From Bordetella sp. (GTDB taxonomy: Bacteria; Pseudomonadota; Gammaproteobacteria; Burkholderiales; Burkholderiaceae_B): DNA of 24,000 nucleotides. Made by a program: the position numbers and the translations under genes. Shown piece after piece: positions 17,121 to 24,000 of this stretch (position 1 is its first letter; each line of letters opens with the position of its first letter). The stretch is from assembly GCF_036384415.1 (NCBI RefSeq), contig NZ_DASVMJ010000191.1, one strand, 5' to 3'. The notes under the pieces were generated by a model. It did no database searches, was not told the origin of the DNA, and saw only the letters and a program-made list of their open reading frames with translations.

Positions 17121-18020
17121 ATGTCCGAACTCAGCCCAGAAAGCGCACTCGAAACCATCGTGGTGCCGCGCGCCAGCGACATCGGTAACTTCGAGGTGCG
17201 GCGCGCGCTGCCCTCGATGCACAAGCGCAGCGTGGGTCCCTTCGTCTTCCTGGATGAAATGGGTCCCGCCGTGGTGCCCGCCGGCAAAGGCATGGACGTG
17301 CGACCGCACCCGCACATCGGGCTGGCCACGGTCACCTATCTCTATGACGGGTCCATCATGCATCGCGACGGCCTGGGCAGCATCCAGCTCATCGAGCCAG
17401 GCGAGATCAACTGGATGACCGCCGGCCGCGGCATCGTGCATTCCGAGCGATCCACGCCCGAGGCCCGTCGCGTCGACCAGCGTCTCTTCGGTTTGCAAAT
17501 GTGGGTGGCCCTGCCGCGCGACAAGGAAGAGATGGAACCCGCTTTCGACCACTACGGCCTGGATGCGCAGCCGGTGCTCGAAGGCGAGGGCGCCTGGGTG
17601 CGCGTGGTGGCCGGATCGCTTTTCGGCCGGACTTCCACAGTGCAAACGCAATCGCCGCTGTTCTACGGCGACGTCAGGCTCCAGGCCGGCGCCAAGCTGG
17701 ACCTGCCAGCCGAACACATCGAGCGCGCGGCCTACCTGGTCCAAGGCACGGTGCAGGTGCAAGGGCAGGACCACGAACCCGGCCGTCTGCTGGCCTTCGC
17801 GCCCGGTCGCCCGGTCACGCTCACCGCAGTCGGCGGGCCGGCGCGCTTTGCCGTGCTCGGCGGAGAACCCCTGGACGGCCCGCGCTTTGTCTGGTGGAAC
17901 TTCGTCTCCAGCCGCAAGGAACGCATCGAGCAGGCCAAGCAGGACTGGCAGCGCAACCGCTTCGATCAGGTGGTTCCCGGCGATACGACGCAGTTCATAC
18001 CTCTGCCTGAGAAGCCTTGA
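17121..18020 (+). CDS. Pirin family protein (bicupin)
   Basis: GGAG lies 6 nt before the ATG at 17121; an in-frame ATG at 17106 is possible. RPHPHIGLATVTYLYDGSIMHRDGLG and GEINWMTAGRGIVHSE form the pirin N-terminal cupin metal-site region. Confidence 0.9.
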   Translation: MSELSPESALETIVVPRASDIGNFEVRRALPSMHKRSVGPFVFLDEMGPAVVPAGKGMDVRPHPHIGLATVTYLYDGSIMHRDGLGSIQLIEPGEINWMTAGRGIVHSERSTPEARRVDQRLFGLQMWVALPRDKEEMEPAFDHYGLDAQPVLEGEGAWVRVVAGSLFGRTSTVQTQSPLFYGDVRLQAGAKLDLPAEHIERAAYLVQGTVQVQGQDHEPGRLLAFAPGRPVTLTAVGGPARFAVLGGEPLDGPRFVWWNFVSSRKERIEQAKQDWQRNRFDQVVPGDTTQFIPLPEKP

Positions 18021-18201
18021 GAGAGATTCCGCACCGCAGCAGCTTTATTGCCAGGGATGCTCAATTCCGGCCGCCTCATAACCCTGCCTCGTAAGGGTAT
18101 AGCGAATAGTTGAGAAAAACAGTCAACTGACTGCGGTAAAATCACCGCATTATCAGTGTCTTGCATAGTCCGGCCGACCCGGCACTTTTTCTCTCTCGAA
18201 T

Positions 18202-18978
18202 ATGGCTGCCTTCAATACCGAACGCGTACTTACCGTGCGCCACTGGAACGACACGCTTTTCTCGTTCACCACCACCCGCGACACCGCGCTGCGCTTTCAC
18301 AACGGCCATTTCGTCATGATCGGACTGGAGGTCGAAGGCAAGCCGTTGATGCGCGCCTACAGCATCGCCAGCGCCAACTACGAGGAAAACCTCGAATTCT
18401 TCAGCATCAAGGTGCAGGACGGCCCGCTCACTTCGCGCCTGCAGCACCTGAAAGAAGGCGACTCCATCCTCGTGAGCCGCAAGCCCGTGGGCACCCTGGT
18501 CGCCGACGATCTCAAGCCTGGCAAGCACCTGTATCTGTTCGCCACCGGCACGGGGCTCGCGCCGTTCCTGAGCATCATCAAGGATCCGGGCGTGTACGAG
18601 CGCTTTGAAAAGGTCGTGCTGCTGCACGGCGTGCGCCACGTGAATGAGCTGGCCTATTCCGATTTCATCGAACGCGAACTGCCCGAGAACGAATTCTTCG
18701 GTGAAATGGCGCGCGACAAGCTGATCTACTATCCCACCGTCACGCGCGAGCCGTTCCGCAACCAAGGGCGCATCACGTCCCTGGTCGATAGCGGCAAGCT
18801 CTTCGAAGACATCGGCCTGCCCCCCCTGGACCCGGCCGTCGATCGCGCCATGATCTGCGGCAGCCCGCACATGCTGGCCGATATCCGCGCCATGCTGGAC
18901 AGCCGCGGCTTCCAGGTCTCGCCCGGCGTGGGCGAGCCCGGCGACTACGTCTACGAGCGCGCCTTCGCCGAGAAATAA
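18202..18978 (+). CDS. fpr: Ferredoxin-NADP+ reductase (bacterial Fpr, Azotobacter/Pseudomonas type)
   Basis: 258 aa. Contains the FAD-binding motif RAYSIAS, the NADP-binding motif LFATGTGLAPF, and the characteristic C-terminus DYVYERAFAEK. Confidence 0.93.
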   Translation: MAAFNTERVLTVRHWNDTLFSFTTTRDTALRFHNGHFVMIGLEVEGKPLMRAYSIASANYEENLEFFSIKVQDGPLTSRLQHLKEGDSILVSRKPVGTLVADDLKPGKHLYLFATGTGLAPFLSIIKDPGVYERFEKVVLLHGVRHVNELAYSDFIERELPENEFFGEMARDKLIYYPTVTREPFRNQGRITSLVDSGKLFEDIGLPPLDPAVDRAMICGSPHMLADIRAMLDSRGFQVSPGVGEPGDYVYERAFAEK

Positions 18979-19034
18979 TCCGGCGCAGGCACGTCCAGGC
19001 CGACGCGCCGCCGGTCTGGTTCGCTTCCCCCTTC

Positions 19035-19078
19035 ATCGCCCGCAGTCGCCAGCCGACGCGGGCGATTTGTCTTTTGTC
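19035..19078 (+). terminator. Rho-independent terminator downstream of fpr
   Basis: ATCGCCCGC (19035-19043) pairs perfectly with GCGGGCGAT (19058-19066), giving a 9-bp stem with a 14-nt loop. The stem is followed by TTTGTCTTTTGT. Confidence 0.6.
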
Positions 19079-19254
19079 GCGCGAATCCCGCAGCTTCGCG
19101 TAAACCCTGTTGTTTCGGCTTTTTTTCCGTGAAATACTCGTTTCATCCGAAATACTGGATATTAATCTGGTATACCGGACAAACGGGGCTCGAGCGCAGT
19201 GCGGAATCGACGCCTTTGTCCTTTTCTCCTTCAAGACTCAGGGAAATATCCGTC

Positions 19255-20088
19255 ATGAAACTCGTCAAAACTAGCGCCAAAATCGCCTGCGGGTTTGCGG
19301 TGGTCGGGCTGCTGGCCATCGCCGGCTGCACCAAGACTGCGCCGACCGGCCAGGATGCCTCCGCCTCGTCGACGCTGCACAAAGTCCTGCAACGCGGCAC
19401 GCTGCGCGTGGGCGACTGCCTCTCGTTCGCGCCCTTCGGCTTCATGGACCAGAACGGCAAGCCGGACGGCTACGACGTCGATCTGGCCAAGGAACTCGCC
19501 AAGGAAATGGGTGTGAAGCTCGAAATGGTCGACACCACGAGCGCCAACCGCATTCCAAACTTGCAGACCAGCAAGGTCGACGTGGTGTTCTGCAATTTCA
19601 CGCGCAACCTCGAACGCGCCAAGGAAATCGAGTTCACCACGCCCTACGTCGTCGCCAGCGAAGCCATGCTCGTGCGCAAGGACCGCGGCATCCATTCGGC
19701 CAAGGACATGGCCAACCGCACCATCGCCACGGTCAAGGGCTCGACCAACGGCGACGAGGTACGCTCCATGGGCATTCCGGTCAAGATCCAGGAATACGAC
19801 AGCTCGCAGGCCGCCATCCTCGCGGTCAAGCAGGGCCAGGCCGACGCCATGATCGAAGACACCAACTTCCTGGCTTATCAGGCCAAGCTCGATCCCTCGC
19901 TGACGGTGACCGACGACGCGCTGGTGCCGCTCGAATACAACGCGTTCGGCGTGAAGCAGGGCGACCAGATCTGGCTCAATTATCTGAATCTGTACCTCTT
20001 CAACATCAACGCGTCGGGCCTGAACAAGCAGCTTTATCACAAGTGGTTCGGCATCGATCCGAAGTTCCCGCTGAACCCGCAGTTCTGA
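19255..20088 (+). CDS. Polar amino-acid ABC transporter substrate-binding lipoprotein (family 3 SBP)
   Basis: ATG at 19255. The signal peptide carries the lipobox LAIAGC. Type-II SBP features present: LRVGDCLSFAPFGF, YDVDLAKELAKEMGV, ATVKGSTNGD. The ORF-track start at 19129 is an upstream extension. Confidence 0.88.
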   Translation: MKLVKTSAKIACGFAVVGLLAIAGCTKTAPTGQDASASSTLHKVLQRGTLRVGDCLSFAPFGFMDQNGKPDGYDVDLAKELAKEMGVKLEMVDTTSANRIPNLQTSKVDVVFCNFTRNLERAKEIEFTTPYVVASEAMLVRKDRGIHSAKDMANRTIATVKGSTNGDEVRSMGIPVKIQEYDSSQAAILAVKQGQADAMIEDTNFLAYQAKLDPSLTVTDDALVPLEYNAFGVKQGDQIWLNYLNLYLFNINASGLNKQLYHKWFGIDPKFPLNPQF

Positions 20089-20125
20089 GCCCGAACCCCG
20101 ATACACGACGGATCCAGGAGGATCT

Positions 20126-20836
20126 ATGAGCTACCAGTGGCTGACGTTGTGGGGCTATCTGCCCGACTTCATCCGCGCCGGATGGCTGACCTTGCAGATA
20201 ACGCTGCTCGCATTCTGCCTGGCGCTGGCGCTGGGCCTTGTCGCGGCGCTCGCCAGCGCGGCGCGGGTCGGCGTCTTGCGTCTCGTGGCCAGCTGCTATG
20301 TCGAGCTGATCCGCAACACGCCCATCCTCCTGCAGATCTTCATCGTGTTCTTCGGGCTGCCGTCGCTCGGGCTGCATATGAGCGCGTATACGGCCGGCGT
20401 GATCGCCTTTGGCGTGAACGTCGGCGCGTACCTGTCCGAAGTGTTCAGGGCCGGCATCCAATCGGTGCCCAAGGGGCAGATGGAAGCGGCCGCCATCCTG
20501 GGACTGGAGCGCCCGCAGGTCTTTGTCAGCGTCGTGCTGCCGCAGGCCGCGCGCGCAGTCTATCCGGCCATCGTCAACAACCTGATCCAGCTGCTGCTGG
20601 GCACCTCGCTGCTGTCGGGCATCGCGCTGCCCGAGCTCACCGGCACGGCAACCGTGATCAACTCGCGCACGCTGCTTTATCTGCAGACCTTCACTTTCAC
20701 GCTGGTCTCGTACCTGGTCTTGAGCAACGCGCTGTCGTGGATTGCCGAGCAGATCGGCAAGCGCTCGTTCCATCCCCCGCTCGTGCTCAAGCAGCGCACG
20801 CGCAACCCGCTCGCGCGCCGCTCGTCGCGCGCCTGA
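20126..20836 (+). CDS. Amino-acid ABC transporter permease (HisM/GlnP type)
   Basis: AGGAGG lies 4 nt before the ATG at 20126. The protein has multiple TM segments, and the conserved permease loop reads VPKGQMEAAAILGLERPQVFVSVVLPQA. Confidence 0.88.
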   Translation: MSYQWLTLWGYLPDFIRAGWLTLQITLLAFCLALALGLVAALASAARVGVLRLVASCYVELIRNTPILLQIFIVFFGLPSLGLHMSAYTAGVIAFGVNVGAYLSEVFRAGIQSVPKGQMEAAAILGLERPQVFVSVVLPQAARAVYPAIVNNLIQLLLGTSLLSGIALPELTGTATVINSRTLLYLQTFTFTLVSYLVLSNALSWIAEQIGKRSFHPPLVLKQRTRNPLARRSSRA

Positions 20837-20855
20837 ACCGTTACGGAGGCTTCGC

Positions 20856-21500
20856 ATGTCTACCGAACTGTTGATGGCCAGCCTGTCGACCCTGCTCCAA
20901 GGGCTGCTCGTAACGTTGCTGCTGTCGGCGTGCGCCATCGCCGGCGGCACATTGATCGGGCTGCTCGCCGCGGTGCTGCGCTCTTTCGGGCCGTGGGGCA
21001 CCTCGACCATCGCCAAACTCTATACCGAACTGTTCCGCGGCACGCCGATCCTGATCACGCTGATGTTCATCTACTTCGGCGTGTCTTATTTCGGCTATTC
21101 CATCAATGAATTCGCGGCCGGCGTCATCGGCATGAGCGTCTACCAGGGCGCCTATATTTCCGAGATCTTCCGCTCGGGCATCGAGGCGGTGCCCAAGGGG
21201 CAGTGGGAGGTGTCGCAGATCCTGGGGCTGACCAGGACGCAGGCCTTCTTTTCCGTCGTGCTGCCGCAGACGCGCAAGATCGTGCTGCCGCCTCTCATCG
21301 GCCAGTACCTGTCCTTGATCAAGGACACGTCCATTGTCAGCATGATCGGCCTGTCCGAGCTGATGCGCGGCGGCCAGGGCATCGTCGACCGCATCGGCAA
21401 GCCCATCGAGATCTACGCGCTCGTCGCCGCGTTGTATTTCATCGTTTGCTTCCCGCTGTCGCAGTGGGTGCGCCATCACGACCGCAGGAGTCTTTCATGA
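20856..21500 (+). CDS. Amino-acid ABC transporter permease (second subunit)
   Basis: GGAGG lies 5 nt before the ATG at 20856. The conserved loop reads [28 protein letters not shown]. The stop overlaps the ATPase start (ATGA). Confidence 0.88.
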   Translation: MSTELLMASLSTLLQGLLVTLLLSACAIAGGTLIGLLAAVLRSFGPWGTSTIAKLYTELFRGTPILITLMFIYFGVSYFGYSINEFAAGVIGMSVYQGAYISEIFRSGIEAVPKGQWEVSQILGLTRTQAFFSVVLPQTRKIVLPPLIGQYLSLIKDTSIVSMIGLSELMRGGQGIVDRIGKPIEIYALVAALYFIVCFPLSQWVRHHDRRSLS

Positions 21501-22249
21501 CCGCCGATAGTCCCATCAAGCCCGTCATCACCTTGTCCGGCGTCGGCAAGGCGTTCGGCGCGACCAAGGTGCTGCAGGAGATCAATCTGGACGTCAAGCA
21601 AGGCGAAGTGCTCGTGCTGATCGGTGCGTCGGGCTCCGGCAAAAGCACCGTGCTGCGCATCATGGCCGGCCTGGAAACCGCCGATTCCGGCGAAGTCTGG
21701 GTCGACGACGTGCCGCTGCACGACGCGCGCCGCGCGAAAGAGATCCGCGGCCGCGTCGGCATGGTGTTTCAGCAGTTCAATCTGTTTCCGCACAAGACTG
21801 CGCTGGGCAACGTGACGCTCGCGCTGATCAAGGCGCGCAAGATGACGCCCGACGAAGCGAAGCGGCGCGCGATGGCGGCGCTCGAACGGGTCGGTCTGGC
21901 CGAGCGCGCCGGGCATTATCCCAGCCAGCTGTCGGGCGGCCAGCAGCAACGCGTCGCGATCGCGCGATCGCTCGCGGTCGAACCGCGTATCATGTTCTTC
22001 GACGAGGCGACCTCGGCGCTCGACCCCGAGCTGGTCGGCGAGGTGACCGAAGTCATGCGGGGCCTGGCGCGCGACGGCATGACCATGGTCGTCGTCACGC
22101 ACGAAATGGGCTTTGCGCGCAAGACCGCCGATCGCGTCGTGTTCATGGACAAAGGGGTGATCGCCGAGCAGGGCGAGCCCGAGGCTTTCTTTACCCACCC
22201 GCGACAGGAGCGAACGCGCCAGTTCCTGCACCGCGTGCTGGATCATTGA
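21497..22249 (+). CDS. Amino-acid ABC transporter ATP-binding protein
   Basis: Walker [11 protein letters not shown]-loop, signature [13 protein letters not shown], Walker [14 protein letters not shown]-loop VVVTHEM. Confidence 0.93.
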   Translation: MTADSPIKPVITLSGVGKAFGATKVLQEINLDVKQGEVLVLIGASGSGKSTVLRIMAGLETADSGEVWVDDVPLHDARRAKEIRGRVGMVFQQFNLFPHKTALGNVTLALIKARKMTPDEAKRRAMAALERVGLAERAGHYPSQLSGGQQQRVAIARSLAVEPRIMFFDEATSALDPELVGEVTEVMRGLARDGMTMVVVTHEMGFARKTADRVVFMDKGVIAEQGEPEAFFTHPRQERTRQFLHRVLDH

Positions 22250-22266
22250 CGCAGACGAGACGACGG

Positions 22267-23043
22267 ATGGCAGCCATACCTGGAGCAGCTGGAGCAGCAA
22301 GGGCGAGAGGCGTAGACCGCGTCGTCGACATTCTGGATCAACTGCATGCCGCGCGCCGGCCGATGACGATGCGCGAGCTGATCGACGCAACCGGCGCGCC
22401 GCGATCGAGCATCTATGAGCTCGTGACGATTCTGACCGACGCCGGCTGGCTCGAGACGGCTGCCGACGGTTCGGTGTTCTTCGGCCGCGTCATGCACTAC
22501 TACGGCGCCGACTACGCCCTGCACAACGACCTGATCCGCCGCGCGCATCAGACCATCCTGGAGCTGGTGCGCAAATACGACGAGACCACGCAGCTCTGCA
22601 TACTGGAAGGCAATAAATACACGGTCGTGCTGTCCGAAACCAGCGGCACCCGGCCGTTCAATGTCAGCTCCGAGATCGGCGTCAAGGTGCCGATTCCGTG
22701 GACCGCGACCGGCCGCCTGCTGCTGGGTCACCTGGGCGCTGACGAGATACGCGCGCTTATCCCTTCCGAGGATTTCGTGCTCGAGAACGGCCAGCGCATC
22801 GAATTCGACGATTTCCTGCGAGACGTCAAGAACTCGGCCGGGCAGGGCTATTGCTGCACCGAAGGCCTGTCGCACGCGTTCCGCTATTGCATGGCGGCGC
22901 CGATCCTGGGCCGCACCGGACAGAGCATCGCCGCGCTCTGCTTCATGACGAGCCGCGACGTCGATCCGCACAAGCGCTCGGCGATGCTCGAGGACCTGAT
23001 CGCGTCTTCGAAAGCGCTATCGGAGCCGTCCAGCCGCTTTTGA
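22267..23043 (+). CDS. IclR family transcriptional regulator
   Basis: N-terminal wHTH (VDRVVDILDQLHAARRPMTMRELIDATGAPRSSIYELVTILTDAGWL) plus a C-terminal IclR effector domain. I took the ATG at 22267 as the start. The TTG at 22246, which overlaps the ATPase stop, is the alternative. Confidence 0.85.
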   Translation: MAAIPGAAGAARARGVDRVVDILDQLHAARRPMTMRELIDATGAPRSSIYELVTILTDAGWLETAADGSVFFGRVMHYYGADYALHNDLIRRAHQTILELVRKYDETTQLCILEGNKYTVVLSETSGTRPFNVSSEIGVKVPIPWTATGRLLLGHLGADEIRALIPSEDFVLENGQRIEFDDFLRDVKNSAGQGYCCTEGLSHAFRYCMAAPILGRTGQSIAALCFMTSRDVDPHKRSAMLEDLIASSKALSEPSSRF

Positions 23044-23150
23044 GCCGGAATCCGGGCGCCAGGGAGCGCATCGGTCCGCGTCATGGACGACAGCCCGGAT
23101 GCGTCATCGGCGCGCCGCGGGCATGGCGGACTTGAAGGTCATAAGGCTTG

Positions 23151-23167
23151 CTTAATGTCCACTTAAG
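23151..23167 (+). promoter_or_regulatory. Candidate QseB/PmrA-type box (site C), best match of the three, upstream of the small ORF
   Basis: CTTAAT-GTCCA-CTTAAG matches YTTAAK-N5-YTTAAK at every position. TAGATT lies 10 nt downstream (23178-23183), with an overlapping TATAGA at 23176-23181. Confidence 0.45.
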
Positions 23168-23244
23168 AAACACTGTATAGATTTCGCGAGTCGGTTCCTC
23201 TACCGATAGAGAAAGGGCAACCCAGCGACTCAAAGGAGCAAATT

Positions 23245-23439
23245 ATGTCCGTTTCAGCCTTGACCTCCGCGGCGAACCACGCTTTCGTCCATGCGCAGCC
23301 ACCCGCGTCGGCATCCTCGCGAACTTCCGTTTCCAGCCGGGATTCCGATGGCGACAACGACGGCAGCAAAGTTGGAAGCGTAGAAAAGAGCAGCACGCCG
23401 TCGGGTAGCGTTGGCACAAGGATCAACACTCAGGCATGA
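23245..23439 (+). CDS. Hypothetical small protein, 64 aa, Ser/Asp-rich with a DSDGDNDGSK acidic loop
   Basis: GGAG (23235-23238) lies 6 nt before the ATG. The ORF is bracketed by a promoter-like box and an intrinsic terminator. I recognise no signal peptide, TM segment or homologous family. By my hand count, third-position GC is only about two-thirds, lower than in neighbouring core genes, so coding status is uncertain. Confidence 0.45.
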   Translation: MSVSALTSAANHAFVHAQPPASASSRTSVSSRDSDGDNDGSKVGSVEKSSTPSGSVGTRINTQA

Positions 23440-23490
23440 AAGATGGCTTGAGCGGCATCCGTACGTTGCGCGCAGAGCGGTAGAACAGAG

Positions 23491-23524
23491 CCCTGGGAAA
23501 TCCATTCCCGGGGGTTTTTTGTTT
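23491..23524 (+). terminator. Rho-independent terminator of the small-ORF transcript
   Basis: CCCTGGGAA (23491-23499) pairs with TTCCCGGGG (23505-23513), giving 9 bp with one G-U pair and the loop ATCCA. The stem is followed by G, then TTTTTTGTTT. On the opposite strand no U-tract follows the stem, so the terminator is essentially unidirectional. Confidence 0.65.
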
Positions 23525-23544
23525 CCAGGCACTCGAACGAACGG

Positions 23545-24000
23545 CTACCGTATCAAGCCCACTTCCTGGATCACCGTCGACGCGATCTCCTCGATCGACT
23601 TGGTCGTCGTCGACATCCAGGCGATCCCTTCGCGCCGCATCATCCGCTCGGCCGCGCTCACCTCGTAGTGGCATTGCTCGATCGTCGCGTATTTGCTGTT
23701 GGGCCGGCGTTCATTGCGCACCTGCGACAGGCGGTCCGGGTCGATCGACAGGCCGAACAGCTTGTTGCGGTAGGGCGCCAGGGTCTTGGGTAGCGCGCTG
23801 CGCTCGAAATCGTCCGGCGTCAGCGGAAAATTGGCCGCCTTGATCGCATACTGCATGGCCAGGTAGAGGCTGGTCGGCGTCTTGCCGCAGCGCGATACCC
23901 CCACCAGGATCACGTCCGCATCGCCCAACTGGTTGATGAACTGCCCGTCGTCGTGCGACAGGCTGAAATTGATGGCCTCGATGCGGTGCTGGTATTTCTG
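23545..24000 (-). CDS. ppsR: PEP synthase regulatory protein (bifunctional kinase/pyrophosphorylase, PpsR/DUF299), C-terminal ~150 codons; 5' end beyond the window
   Basis: The frame is open to base 24000, and the listed TTG at 23928 is internal. The translation reads ...[53 protein letters not shown]...PNSKYA, with the P-loop GVSRxGKT. Stop TAG at 23545-23547. Confidence 0.88.
   Translation of the reverse strand, partial: QKYQHRIEAINFSLSHDDGQFINQLGDADVILVGVSRCGKTPTSLYLAMQYAIKAANFPLTPDDFERSALPKTLAPYRNKLFGLSIDPDRLSQVRNERRPNSKYATIEQCHYEVSAAERMMRREGIAWMSTTTKSIEEIASTVIQEVGLIR

Noticed and set aside
19161-19166. Sixth TTAA in the window (ATTAAT) as a fourth QseB/PmrA box
   Set aside because: There is no partner hexamer 11 bp upstream (AAATAC) or downstream (ATACCG), so it does not form a direct-repeat box.
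467-22971. Other long overlapping ORFs in the track (e.g. 467-1351 -, 4787-5863 +, 9031-9750 -, 11308-12528 -, 17097-17774 -, 18142-18870 -, 19231-20106 -, 20006-21016 -, 21476-22390 -, 22243-22971 -)
   Set aside because: Each is antisense or out of frame to a confidently identified gene and shows no motif content. Such ORFs are expected because stop codons are scarce in GC-rich DNA.
23341-23379. Calling the small ORF an EF-hand protein
   Set aside because: DGDNDGSKVGSVE places the terminal Glu one position out of register with the canonical 12-residue EF loop and lacks the hydrophobic residue at position 8. I describe it only as a DxDxDG-like acidic loop.
1-24000. CRISPR arrays, tRNA/rRNA genes, IS elements, integrases, phage or toxin-antitoxin genes, long repeats
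   Set aside because: I recognised none on either strand. There are no regularly spaced repeats, terminal inverted repeats or transposase-like translations. This was a by-eye scan, so short or diverged elements could have been missed.

Overview
This is a high-GC (roughly two-thirds G+C by eye) chromosomal segment. Gene content and protein sequences look betaproteobacterial, Alcaligenaceae-like (Bordetella/Achromobacter type), but that taxon call is from memory only. I support 23 protein-coding genes; two of them run off the window edges and one is only a tentative small ORF. Gene order: rph (3' part) > | MCP > overlapping tail-to-tail with < EAL-CBS-GGDEF | rdgB-hemW > | glnA-ntrB-ntrC >, with a readable NtrC enhancer and sigma-54 promoter | < cybC-cybB (cytochrome b562 and b561) | QseB/PmrA-type response regulator and QseC-type kinase > | < LpxH-like phosphoesterase-DedA-GT4-GT2 operon | pirin > | fpr > | polar amino-acid ABC transporter (lipoprotein SBP, two permeases, ATPase) plus IclR regulator > | an orphan 64-codon ORF with its own promoter-like box and terminator > | < ppsR (3' part). 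I saw no rRNA, tRNA, CRISPR array, transposase, integrase or phage gene. Most of the window is ordinary housekeeping DNA. The parts worth a second look are 10.1-17.0 kb and 23.15-23.52 kb. A 17-bp direct-repeat box of the QseB/PmrA type occurs three times, each in an intergenic region and each followed 10-11 nt later by a TAnnnT hexamer. The boxes sit upstream of cybC-cybB, the four-gene lipid/glycosyltransferase operon, and the small ORF. By my manual scan, 5 of the 6 TTAA tetranucleotides in the whole window lie inside these boxes. This suggests, but does not prove, a compact local regulon of the encoded two-component system. The regulon would link a periplasmic/membrane b-type cytochrome pair, a PlcP/Agt-like membrane glycolipid module with extra DedA and GT2 genes, and a small acidic Ser/Asp-rich protein. 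The ORF track writes TTG/GTG starts as M, so several listed ORFs are over-extended; I re-derived starts from the sequence.
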